From a virus (Duplodnaviria > Caudoviricetes), in IMG/VR virus record IMGVR_UViG_3300032213_002237, positions 1 through 64,000 of that record: a stretch of DNA of 64,000 nt, one strand, 5' to 3'. Below are positions 20,307-29,393 of the stretch, piece after piece; position 1 is the first letter of the stretch; the number at the start of each line of letters is the position of its first letter. The notes under the pieces were generated by a model. The model did not search any database. It had not been told where the DNA came from and worked only from the letters and a program-made list of their open reading frames with translations. The position numbers were made by a program, and so were the translations under genes.

Positions 20307-22448
20307 TTATGGTTTTACAGTAATTGTCCAACTATATGGAGGATTTGCAAGTAATAAATAATTTGGGTTAGTTAATCCTCCTGTCGGTGATTCCGGTTGT
20401 TGAGGTTGAGTCGTACCTGATAGAAATAATGTTTTATTATATAATGTGTTTGCAGTTGCAACCGATGCAACATCTTGTAAAATATAATCAACAGCTGCGG
20501 TTTTAAGTGCGGTATTTCTAAAATCTAACGATAACATATTAGTCATTGCTGAAAAAGTTGATGTCCATCCTGTTAATGATTGTGATGACGCAATACTAAA
20601 TGTTCTTAAACTTGCAGGGAAATTACCACTTATTAATTCAGTGCTGTTTTTAAATGAATTACCGCCTATCGTTAACGTAACTAACGATGTATGTGCTGAA
20701 AGATTTGTAGTACCTGTTAACGTATTAAAACTTATGTCGATATTAGTAGCTCCTAATGTATAATTGAAATCAAAATTAGTCATTAAGTTACTTGTTAAAC
20801 TTATTGTTCTAATAGATGTTGGGAATAGTGTAGTCCAACCAGACAAATAAACACTATTTAAACTGAAAGTTTGTAATGATGTTGCACCTGTTAAATCTAC
20901 AGTCCATTGTGGAACAGATTGGAAAGGTCCAGTATCACTCATATTAAACGTAACACAGCTGGTTGGGAAGTTACTTGTGTATCCGGTTATATCATTTAAA
21001 TCCAATCTTAAAGTTTGTATACTATTTGGGAATATTGGAGGTAATGTTGTTAGGTTATTATTATCAAGCCTTAATGTCACTAATGAAGTACAAGCTGACA
21101 CAGTATTTGTAAATGAACTTAAATTAAGATTACTACCTAAATTCAGGCTAGTTAAATTTGTATTAGCATTTAAATCAATATCAAAATTATAAAGTCTATT
21201 ACCACTAAATTGTGCGTTAGTTGCCGATACAGGTAAAGTATACGTCCAACCCGTTAATGAATTATTATTATACACCTGAATGTCTTGTAGTCCAGTACAT
21301 GCAGATAAACTATTAGTAATATTAATTGATGGTAGGGCATCATTATTTGAAACAAGGAAATCTCTAAATACTGGTCCAGTTGGGACTGTAATATTTAAAG
21401 ATGTTAGAGATGAATTATCTTCTAACTGAATAGTTCTAAATGAACTACTTCCTGAAAAATTGTAGGTAAACCCTGACATGTCAGTATTTTTAATAAACAA
21501 CTGTATTAAATTAGGTAAACTTGCCAAGTTACTTGTTGGAGTAAATTCAAAGTTTTGAGAACCAGGCGCAAATGTATTGTAAATGTTAAAAAATTGTATT
21601 GAATTTGGTAGACTCGAACTAAAGTCAGTGAGGGTAGTACCGGATAATGTCATTGTGGTTACCGCAGAAAATGAGATAAAAGTAAATGAATTCTCAACGA
21701 TATTCGAAATATTATTTAATTGTATTCTTTGAATATTATTAGTCGATACTGAAGATGAAACTTGGAAATTGTTAAACGTTGCGGTGTATAAACTACTATC
21801 ATAATTATTGGTATAAGTATATGCACTATAAGTTGGAGAATACGGTGGATTAGTAATACTAACAAAATTTGTTGACCCGTTACCCCAATCAATATTAAAA
21901 CTACTATTAGGTGCAGTATTAAATGATACAATCATTGGATTTGTATCAACAATATTTTGTACTTGTAAAAATGGTGGTGTTGAAGGTGTTGGAGTATTTG
22001 TTTGAGTTGGTGTTGGAGTATTTGTTTGAGTTTGAGTTGGAGTATTTGTTTGAGTTGGAGTATTTGTTTGAGTTTGAGTTTGAGTTGGAGTTTGAGTTGG
22101 AGTATTTGTTTGAGTTTGAGTTGGAGTTATTGATGGTGTAGGAGTATTAGTTTGAGTTTGAGTTTGAGTTGGCGTTATTGATGGTGTAGGAGTATTAGTT
22201 TGAGTTTGAGTTTGAGTTGGCGTTATTGATGGTGTAGGTGTTGGCGTTGGGGTCGATGAAGGTGTCTGACTTGGTGAGAGTGTGGATGATGGTGTGAGTG
22301 ATGGTATAGGATAAACATCAGATTCATTTTTTTTAATAAGTATTTTATCACCATTTTGTTTTTTAACCATTAAAATACCTTGTCCAGGAACAATTAATTT
22401 ACTTCCTGCATAATATTTTCCTGATTTTTTTCTACCTGAATATCCCAT
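20307..22448 (-). CDS. leucine-rich-repeat protein with Thr/Pro/Gln linker
   Basis: LxxLxLxxN repeats (LTSLNLGSN, LVTLRLDNNNLTTLP); long TPTQ tract. Confidence 0.85.
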   Translation of the reverse strand: MGYSGRKKSGKYYAGSKLIVPGQGILMVKKQNGDKILIKKNESDVYPIPSLTPSSTLSPSQTPSSTPTPTPTPSITPTQTQTQTNTPTPSITPTQTQTQTNTPTPSITPTQTQTNTPTQTPTQTQTQTNTPTQTNTPTQTQTNTPTPTQTNTPTPSTPPFLQVQNIVDTNPMIVSFNTAPNSSFNIDWGNGSTNFVSITNPPYSPTYSAYTYTNNYDSSLYTATFNNFQVSSSVSTNNIQRIQLNNISNIVENSFTFISFSAVTTMTLSGTTLTDFSSSLPNSIQFFNIYNTFAPGSQNFEFTPTSNLASLPNLIQLFIKNTDMSGFTYNFSGSSSFRTIQLEDNSSLTSLNITVPTGPVFRDFLVSNNDALPSINITNSLSACTGLQDIQVYNNNSLTGWTYTLPVSATNAQFSGNRLYNFDIDLNANTNLTSLNLGSNLNLSSFTNTVSACTSLVTLRLDNNNLTTLPPIFPNSIQTLRLDLNDITGYTSNFPTSCVTFNMSDTGPFQSVPQWTVDLTGATSLQTFSLNSVYLSGWTTLFPTSIRTISLTSNLMTNFDFNYTLGATNIDISFNTLTGTTNLSAHTSLVTLTIGGNSFKNSTELISGNFPASLRTFSIASSQSLTGWTSTFSAMTNMLSLDFRNTALKTAAVDYILQDVASVATANTLYNKTLFLSGTTQPQQPESPTGGLTNPNYLLLANPPYSWTITVKP
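21975..22306. repeat. coding low-complexity repeat (TPTQTQTN)
   Basis: gtttga/gttgga hexamer arrays. Confidence 0.9.
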
Positions 22449-22452
22449 AGTT

Positions 22453-24198
22453 TTATCTTCTTCCTCCGAATAACCATAAATAGTTTTCGTAGTCGCTTTT
22501 TGTTGCCTCTCGTTTAATGTTTTCTTGTTGTTGGGGAATTACCGGGTCCATGAATTGTCTTCTATTAAATTCATTTGTATTAACAGTCCACGAGTCAATC
22601 ATCGCTTTTGTTTGATTTGTAACCTTATTAAGTGATGTAAACGATGTTTCACCAACATAAAGAGCCATGGCAACTGACATTATCAAGTCATCATGTTGTC
22701 CCTTTTGATGGTCAGGTCTTCCATTTACATAAATAAATGTATTCATCTCATTTAATAAACGAGTTGAGTTTATTTTGAATCCATGTCTTAAATATTCTTC
22801 AAATGTTGCAATAATTTGAACTCTTTTAGCGTTAAAGTTAATTCCTGGTATTTTTTCAGTCGCCTTTGGGTCAAATTTCCATTTGTTTGATACATCAATA
22901 CCGTCAACATACATGTTTCTATAACCCAACTCTCTCAATCTTAAAGATGTTGTTACACCCATACCACCAGTAATATCTATTACAATAAATGCGTTATACA
23001 TATTACCCCATTTAAAACATATTTCCGCCAAAGTATCAGGAGGAAGTTTTCCAACGTACTCTGCAACTTGTTCTCTTGTATCAAAATCAACAATTTGAAA
23101 TGTTGAGAAATCCTCACTATCTCCACGAGATACGTCGACACCCATAATATATTTTTTACCCATTTCAGGTTCTTTCCAAATCCAAAGTCCTCCACCCATC
23201 ATCTTTGTTGATGGTTCTTTAACCATATTCACCCTTAAATCTTCCAATAAATCGGAATTAAATACGTTATCACCCGAACCAAGAAACGCACATTCCAATT
23301 CCTGATTGACCTTACGTTTATCGTATTTAAGTTTTTTAACCATTGACTCATACCAAGAAGAACTTGGTTTGTACCCCTGAGTAATCAATTGTCTTATTTC
23401 ATCAAAGTTCTTTTCTTTGTTGTTATAGTCAATAATTTCAACATTTGGGTATTCATTACGATTTAAATAATAATGGATAACATCTTTAACATTAATTAAA
23501 GATAAATCTTTTGCATATCTTGGGTCTTTCCACCAAACCATTTCGGAAACTTTAAATTCATTCATTCCCTTTAACGCTTGGTCATAAATTTCATAATAGA
23601 TTGCGTCATATCCGTTTGGTGTTGATACAACTATTACCTTACCACCTGTGGATAAGGATGCCATACAAGCGGCCCAAAAATCATCGTCAGCATCAATATA
23701 CGCAGCTTCGTCAAATATTAATATTGTTGGTGTATAACCACGAAGAGCATCCTTAGATGTTGCAACTGCTTTAACTTCACATCCATTTGTTAATTTAAAA
23801 TGTCTTTGTGAGTTTTTTTCAGCAGAAAAACCAACACCAACCCAACTAGGCCATTGTTCTGTAAATCCTCTAATTTTATTAGCAACCTCAACTGCAGTAT
23901 CTAACTTGTTAGCAATAACTAATATCTTTTCAGGACTATTCTTTTTAGCAAAAACAAGTTTTTTTGATGACCAAGCGGCAGTTACTGTAGATACACCAGC
24001 CTGTCTATACTTTAGTGCAATATTTTCATTATAGTTTTCATAATCCTCAACCAAACTAATTTGGTCAGGAAATAATTCTAACGGGACATACTTTTGAACA
24101 GTGTTGTCATATGTCTGTAAATAAGTTTTAAGGGCGTATGGTGTTGATTTCATACACTTAGCATACTCCATTAAAACGGCTTCTTTAGATAAACTCAT
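22453..24198 (-). CDS. terminase large subunit (T4 gp17-like)
   Basis: KYRQAGVST, IFDEAA Walker B, STPNG, GVDVSRG and HDDLIM nuclease motifs. Confidence 0.96.
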   Translation of the reverse strand: MSLSKEAVLMEYAKCMKSTPYALKTYLQTYDNTVQKYVPLELFPDQISLVEDYENYNENIALKYRQAGVSTVTAAWSSKKLVFAKKNSPEKILVIANKLDTAVEVANKIRGFTEQWPSWVGVGFSAEKNSQRHFKLTNGCEVKAVATSKDALRGYTPTILIFDEAAYIDADDDFWAACMASLSTGGKVIVVSTPNGYDAIYYEIYDQALKGMNEFKVSEMVWWKDPRYAKDLSLINVKDVIHYYLNRNEYPNVEIIDYNNKEKNFDEIRQLITQGYKPSSSWYESMVKKLKYDKRKVNQELECAFLGSGDNVFNSDLLEDLRVNMVKEPSTKMMGGGLWIWKEPEMGKKYIMGVDVSRGDSEDFSTFQIVDFDTREQVAEYVGKLPPDTLAEICFKWGNMYNAFIVIDITGGMGVTTSLRLRELGYRNMYVDGIDVSNKWKFDPKATEKIPGINFNAKRVQIIATFEEYLRHGFKINSTRLLNEMNTFIYVNGRPDHQKGQHDDLIMSVAMALYVGETSFTSLNKVTNQTKAMIDSWTVNTNEFNRRQFMDPVIPQQQENIKREATKSDYENYLWLFGGRR

Positions 24199-24229
24199 AT
24201 ACTATAAATATAAAATTTATCATAAAATA

Positions 24230-24256
24230 GAAAACCCTTCATTTCTGAAGGGTTTT
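24230..24256. terminator. intrinsic terminator
   Basis: aaaacccttca-tttc-tgaagggtttt. Confidence 0.8.
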
Positions 24257-24263
24257 AAAGTTT

Positions 24264-25565
24264 TTAGTTGATACCTAATCCTTTTAAGAAATCGTCAAAA
24301 TCCTCATCATCGTCGTCATCATCCTCATATTTCTTCATAGTATCCTCATATTCTTCTTCTTTAAGTTCCGCAATGATTTCATCAACCATATCTTTTACCA
24401 TTTTCTTTCCTTTTGGTGAACCTGATAAAATTTCACGAGCCATTGCAAAGAATTCGTTTGGGGTAAGTTCAGCAAACTTAACAAGGAAATATTGTTGTAA
24501 GTTTCTCTTATCATCATCAAATAATTCATCAGGATAAGCTTCACGGAATTTTTGCCAAATAACTGGACCTAATCTCATATCCCAAATTTCACCAACAACA
24601 GTATCTTGTGAATTGATTACCGCTTCTTGTCTTGTTTTATCTTTTGGTAATCCGTATGTTCCAGCAATTTCCATAACACCTTTAGCAAGTTCATGAATAA
24701 GGATTGGTAAGTTAACACCACGAGCTTTTACTGTCGGTGGGTCAGTCTTAGCGTCTAATTCAGACATACCATATGTCGATTCTCCACCACCTGCCATACC
24801 TTGAACCATTGAGTCAGGCATTAACCAATAAAGTGAATCCGCAAATGACATAAAGACACCATACATATTCAGTAATCTTGGGTTAATAGCATTTAACTCT
24901 CTGTTTAATAATTCAAACATATAAGAAGATTGTTTAGCCGCTCCTTGAATAAGTGAATTAATAAATCTTCTTTTAGCCTTTTCTAAATCAAATTTTTCAA
25001 ATGAATCCATGAAATCTTCAAGTTGTTCTTGTTCTTCTTCAGAGCCAAACATATTTTCAATTTCTTCTTCACTTGGTTCTTCACCTTTAGGTGATAACTT
25101 ACTTGAATCAATGTCATTTGGTTTAACCAACTGCACATCATACTGTAACGCTCCTTCAGGAATACCAAATTCTTTTTGAACAAGTTCAATCGCAAGTTCT
25201 TCCAAGTATTCTTTGTTTTCAGATTCAATCTGAGCAATCTCTTGCATTGCGTTCATTACCATCATCTGAAGTCTCATCATTGAATTCTGTGATGTTACAT
25301 CTTCAAGACCTGTATATCTTTTTAATCTACCAATAACATCTTTAAATCTTTGTGATGCTATAAGTTGTTCAAAGTTAGATGGTTTATCCGGTCCTTCAGG
25401 TGTAATTTCAGGAAACGCCTTACTACCTGAATGAGGTGTTTCACCTTTCTCAAATTTAGATTGAATGTCAGGTGCCATTCTTTCAGGCCCTTCATATCCG
25501 ATAGGTGCCTCATTAATTCGGTTAACCAATCTTCTTACTAATTGTTCTTTTTTCATCTTACTCAC
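24264..25565 (-). CDS. hypothetical protein (possible head-associated)
   Basis: 433-aa ORF; N-terminal ...NRINE motif. Confidence 0.75.
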   Translation of the reverse strand: MSKMKKEQLVRRLVNRINEAPIGYEGPERMAPDIQSKFEKGETPHSGSKAFPEITPEGPDKPSNFEQLIASQRFKDVIGRLKRYTGLEDVTSQNSMMRLQMMVMNAMQEIAQIESENKEYLEELAIELVQKEFGIPEGALQYDVQLVKPNDIDSSKLSPKGEEPSEEEIENMFGSEEEQEQLEDFMDSFEKFDLEKAKRRFINSLIQGAAKQSSYMFELLNRELNAINPRLLNMYGVFMSFADSLYWLMPDSMVQGMAGGGESTYGMSELDAKTDPPTVKARGVNLPILIHELAKGVMEIAGTYGLPKDKTRQEAVINSQDTVVGEIWDMRLGPVIWQKFREAYPDELFDDDKRNLQQYFLVKFAELTPNEFFAMAREILSGSPKGKKMVKDMVDEIIAELKEEEYEDTMKKYEDDDDDDEDFDDFLKGLGIN

Positions 25566-26421
25566 CTTTTAATTTAATATTCATTTTACCAAAACTTAAA
25601 TAAGATGGTAATTCACCTTTTGGTCTTGGTTCAGCATCTGGTGCTGGTTTGAAAGGGTTTTTTCTAGTTGGGGTTGTTGTTTTTTCCTTTTCCTTAGTTT
25701 TTTCCTTTTCTTTAGTTCCTGAACCTTTTGGTCTTGGTTCAGTATCAGGTGCCGGTTTGAAAGGACTTTTTCTAGTAGGAGTTGTTGTTTTTTCCTTTTC
25801 TTTAGTTTTTTCTTTTGTTTTTGATTCTAAAATACTGGTGATTAAATCTTTTTTTGTCATAGTAGGTCTTAAATTTGATTCAACAATATCTCTCATTTTT
25901 TGTTCCAAAATTACTTCATATGGGTTTTTACCTTCTTTTAATGACTTTTTGACATCAAGAACACATCTTTCAAATTTTTTCTTTTCACCTTTAGTATAGT
26001 CATCTCTTTTCTTACCATCCAAATCTAATGATGATGTACAGATAGCCCAAGGATTTTTTTCAACTTTCTTTTTTGTTTTTTTCTTACCTTCAGTCATTTC
26101 AGTTTCAGTTACTGGAGTTACAGTTGTTTTACCACCTGAAGTATCAATTTCAATTCCATTAACCATAGTTTTACTATTTGGTTTAACTTCATATGTTGTA
26201 ACCGTTTTACTTTTTGCGGTTGTATTTTGTGGTGTTGATTGTTCTTTAGTTTCAGATTTTTTAACTGAAGTCATTCTACCAATAGGTTTATTTATTCCCA
26301 TGAAACCAATAGCATTTACCATCTCGTGTAATTTTTTAATTTGACTCTCAGACATTTTAGATAAAATATTTTTACTAAATCCAGTCTTAAGAATTTCTTG
26401 AATTTGTTTTTTTGTTACCAT
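25558..26421 (-). CDS. Lys/Thr/Pro-rich hypothetical protein with internal duplication
   Basis: KTKEKEKTTTPTRK.PFKPAPD.EPRPK twice; probable ATG at 26421. Confidence 0.75.
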   Translation of the reverse strand: MVTKKQIQEILKTGFSKNILSKMSESQIKKLHEMVNAIGFMGINKPIGRMTSVKKSETKEQSTPQNTTAKSKTVTTYEVKPNSKTMVNGIEIDTSGGKTTVTPVTETEMTEGKKKTKKKVEKNPWAICTSSLDLDGKKRDDYTKGEKKKFERCVLDVKKSLKEGKNPYEVILEQKMRDIVESNLRPTMTKKDLITSILESKTKEKTKEKEKTTTPTRKSPFKPAPDTEPRPKGSGTKEKEKTKEKEKTTTPTRKNPFKPAPDAEPRPKGELPSYLSFGKMNIKLKGE

Positions 26422-26806
26422 TTTCTTCGAACTCTTTATAATACTCAAGGATTATATCCTTTTCGTATAGTTTATCTTTAACTTCCTTTTCTGTCATTCC
26501 AAAGTGAAAAACTAGTCTTTCATCCTTATCACTATCTTTTTCCCACGCCAATGCTATCACTTTGTCAATCGCATCTTTCATACAAAAAAAATCGGAGTTT
26601 TGAACGAGCTCCATATCTATTCCGTCTCTATTCAACACTCCTACTTTTTTAATTTCTTCAGTATCTGGTGGTGTTGGGTTTCCATTTGCAGGATTTGTGT
26701 CCCAATCATCACCAAATACATCAGTGGTTTCTGAGAAAATAAACTCGTAAGTTTTGTTTCCTCTGTAATTTGCCCCTAATCCGTTAACAAAAACTAAATA
26801 ACTCAT
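26387..26806 (-). CDS. hypothetical protein
   Basis: operonic ORF. Confidence 0.75.
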   Translation of the reverse strand: MSYLVFVNGLGANYRGNKTYEFIFSETTDVFGDDWDTNPANGNPTPPDTEEIKKVGVLNRDGIDMELVQNSDFFCMKDAIDKVIALAWEKDSDKDERLVFHFGMTEKEVKDKLYEKDIILEYYKEFEENGNKKTNSRNS

Positions 26807-28059
26807 AGGATATTACCTTGTGGAGATACCTTAAGTTGTTTGTCTTTATTTTCAAATACTAAATTACCTTTATTAGTCTTACCAACAAAAGTTATAAATG
26901 GGAAATTATTAACAATCTTTTTTGATATTTCAGCTTGTGCTTCAGTTAAAGATAATCTTTCAATTTCTTTTGAGTATCTTACCTTTTTTGATTCTGAAAT
27001 AACTTTTTGTTCTTTTTTCTTTTCTTTAACAAATTTCTTTTCATTTTCATTAACTACAACATAACTTTTAAGAACTTTTTCAATTGTTGATTCACTAAAA
27101 ATACTGTCTAATGCTGAATTAACATAGTCTTCCTCTTTAAATTCCATTTCGTCCATCCAACCTTCTGCCATTTCACCCTCAGGTTCTGCAATTGGTTCTT
27201 CTTCAGTATCAATATCAACATCAATTTCGTCTTCTTCTGAACCCATATCTTCCATTCCATAATCAGACTCTTCTTCACCTTCAAATCTTGTTAAGATTTC
27301 TTCTTTATCTTCCTCATCTAATGAATTTAAGTCTAAAGAAGATAATATTGAATTAATAACGTATTTTACATCTTTACTTGATAACTCGTCTTCACCTGAA
27401 TAATCTCTAATCTTTTGGGCTAACTTACCAGTTAACTTTTGGATAGATTTAAATGTTACAGGTTCGCCTTCACCACCTTCTAATGGTTCTCCACCCATAT
27501 CTTCGGTATCTTCCATATCAGGTAAATCCATTTCTGGTTCATCACCTTCAGGAGACATCGGTAACTCCTCATCTGATGGAGGTGTTGGCATCGCATCTTC
27601 AGGAGCCGGTGCCGGAGCTGGCTCAGGTGATGGTGGTGGTAAATCTGAAGGTGCTTCAGTTGGAGCTTCCATTTTTGGTTGTGGAGTCTTCAACATATAT
27701 TTCTTATCTTCAGTAAATAAAGATATACCTTCACTAATACCATTAACTCTGTTAATTTCACCAGCCATTAAGTTTAATTTTCTCATTGCTGCAGAATATG
27801 AAGAAAAGTGTTTTCTATTCTTCATAGGGTCAATATATTCTGAAGTAGATTCGTTAATTTGTTTTTTAATAATATATCCTAATCTTTCTTTAACAATCTC
27901 ATAGGTATTACCATCTGCCAATGTGATTCTGTAATCAATTGAAGATGTTTCATTTATAGAATTTGGGATTGCTTCTTTATATCTTGCAATCTCCATAATT
28001 CTTTGTAATTTCTCAATTCCTTGTAGTTTTTCACTACCGATTGGTTTTATCTTACTCAT
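26803..28059 (-). CDS. acidic Pro-rich hypothetical protein (possible prohead core)
   Basis: many INE/ISE/LTE sites; EKLQRIMEIARY leader. Confidence 0.75.
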   Translation of the reverse strand: MSKIKPIGSEKLQGIEKLQRIMEIARYKEAIPNSINETSSIDYRITLADGNTYEIVKERLGYIIKKQINESTSEYIDPMKNRKHFSSYSAAMRKLNLMAGEINRVNGISEGISLFTEDKKYMLKTPQPKMEAPTEAPSDLPPPSPEPAPAPAPEDAMPTPPSDEELPMSPEGDEPEMDLPDMEDTEDMGGEPLEGGEGEPVTFKSIQKLTGKLAQKIRDYSGEDELSSKDVKYVINSILSSLDLNSLDEEDKEEILTRFEGEEESDYGMEDMGSEEDEIDVDIDTEEEPIAEPEGEMAEGWMDEMEFKEEDYVNSALDSIFSESTIEKVLKSYVVVNENEKKFVKEKKKEQKVISESKKVRYSKEIERLSLTEAQAEISKKIVNNFPFITFVGKTNKGNLVFENKDKQLKVSPQGNIL

Positions 28060-28064
28060 TTTTT

Positions 28065-28250
28065 TTAATTATTTAATCCATTAAATCCACCAAGGGTTAT
28101 TGCAGTTAATTGAACAATAGTGTCTGCAGAATTTGACATACTACCATATATTGGGTGTGGTTGTATTGATGAAGTACATGCTTCACAATTAGTTACACCT
28201 GTATAATTAATTAACTTATAAGTATAAGTTCCCGACGAAAATACTGCCAT
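28065..28250 (-). CDS. small hypothetical protein
   Basis: ORF with TATTTAT upstream; CxxC. Confidence 0.6.
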   Translation of the reverse strand: MAVFSSGTYTYKLINYTGVTNCEACTSSIQPHPIYGSMSNSADTIVQLTAITLGGFNGLNN

Positions 28251-28280
28251 GTTATTTTTTCTTTATAAATATACAGAAAA

Positions 28281-29042
28281 TTAAGATTTTTTTAGATTAA
28301 GTAAAAAATCTATCTTTTGTTCCATTAGAGAAAGTTCTTTGTCTAATAATTTGTTTTCTAAATTGAATAATTTTTCTAAATAATCACTTCTTCTTAAGTA
28401 TTTAAAAACCAAATTTTCATAGGAGTATTCACCTTCCTTTTTAAGACCTGAACTACGATATTTTTTAAGTTTTTCTTTAAACTTTTTAATATATTCTCTT
28501 GCTTCATCAATATCCTTCTCAGTTGCGTTATCAACAACAGTATCAATTTGTGACTTCCAATGATTAATTTTTGATTTAAGAATTTTAGTATCAATATTTG
28601 AATCCTCTTTTTCAGGTTTTACATCCCAATCATCGTATAGAACTGAATAAACCCCTGAACTAAAATGTGCCTCAGTTGCGTTTTGAACATATAGCTCAAC
28701 TTCGTATCCAAATATTTTAATATCGTGATTGGTATTAAAAATAGTTTTTTTAACTTTAAATAATTCTTCGTAAAGTGATAATTCAGTTTCTGAAAATTGA
28801 ATGAAATCACAAACGACGTGTAAATCAATGTCAGAATACTCAGACCAATTGTAGTTTGCTAAAGAACCTGTGAAAATAACATCTTCAATTAATAAAGGAA
28901 CACCAATAAAATCAATAAATTCATTGGCTGTTTGAAGTAGTTTTTCTCTTACTTCTTTTCTCAATTTTTGGTCCTCATCCCAAATTTTTGAGTTGAGTTC
29001 ATCTTTAGAAAAAAAACTTTGGATTATATTATTATCTTTCAC
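28281..29042 (-). CDS. nucleotidyltransferase (Pol-beta superfamily)
   Basis: GSLANYNWSEYSDIDLH (GS-x10-DxD). Confidence 0.8.
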   Translation of the reverse strand: MKDNNIIQSFFSKDELNSKIWDEDQKLRKEVREKLLQTANEFIDFIGVPLLIEDVIFTGSLANYNWSEYSDIDLHVVCDFIQFSETELSLYEELFKVKKTIFNTNHDIKIFGYEVELYVQNATEAHFSSGVYSVLYDDWDVKPEKEDSNIDTKILKSKINHWKSQIDTVVDNATEKDIDEAREYIKKFKEKLKKYRSSGLKKEGEYSYENLVFKYLRRSDYLEKLFNLENKLLDKELSLMEQKIDFLLNLKKS

Positions 29043-29062
29043 AAATAATAAATATCAACTAA

Positions 29063-29305
29063 TTACAATCTTTTATATTTGTAAGCCTTTGCAATGTTTT
29101 TATTGAAAAAACTTCCTTGTGATTCTGCCATTCTAAATCTTGTATAAACTTCATGAGGTACCTCCTCATATTCATACTGAGCGCCTGTTTTAAAATCAAC
29201 AATTAGTTTTTTACTCTCTGTGTTGAAATCTGTTTTAGTAATGTTTGATGATTCAATTTCACAAATAATATTTGTTCCACTGATTGTTTCTTTTGTGATT
29301 GCCAT
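29063..29305 (-). CDS. KTSC domain protein
   Basis: SSNI...L.V.F..G..YEY..VP...AESQGSFFN. Confidence 0.9.
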   Translation of the reverse strand: MAITKETISGTNIICEIESSNITKTDFNTESKKLIVDFKTGAQYEYEEVPHEVYTRFRMAESQGSFFNKNIAKAYKYKRL

Positions 29306-29393
29306 AACTTTTTTTTTAATGATAAATAATTTTGAATTACATTTGTAGTTGAATTTAAGAACAAATTCATTTAATTTTAATAAAAACTATTTT

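Noticed and set aside
21975-22306. Repeat array as possible CRISPR
   Set aside because: Hexamer-based in-frame Thr/Pro/Gln coding repeats with no unique spacers; no CRISPR array or cas gene seen in the window
12568-24198. Inteins or introns in MCP, portal or terminase
   Set aside because: Lengths and motif continuity show no intein (C...HN) or split-gene signature
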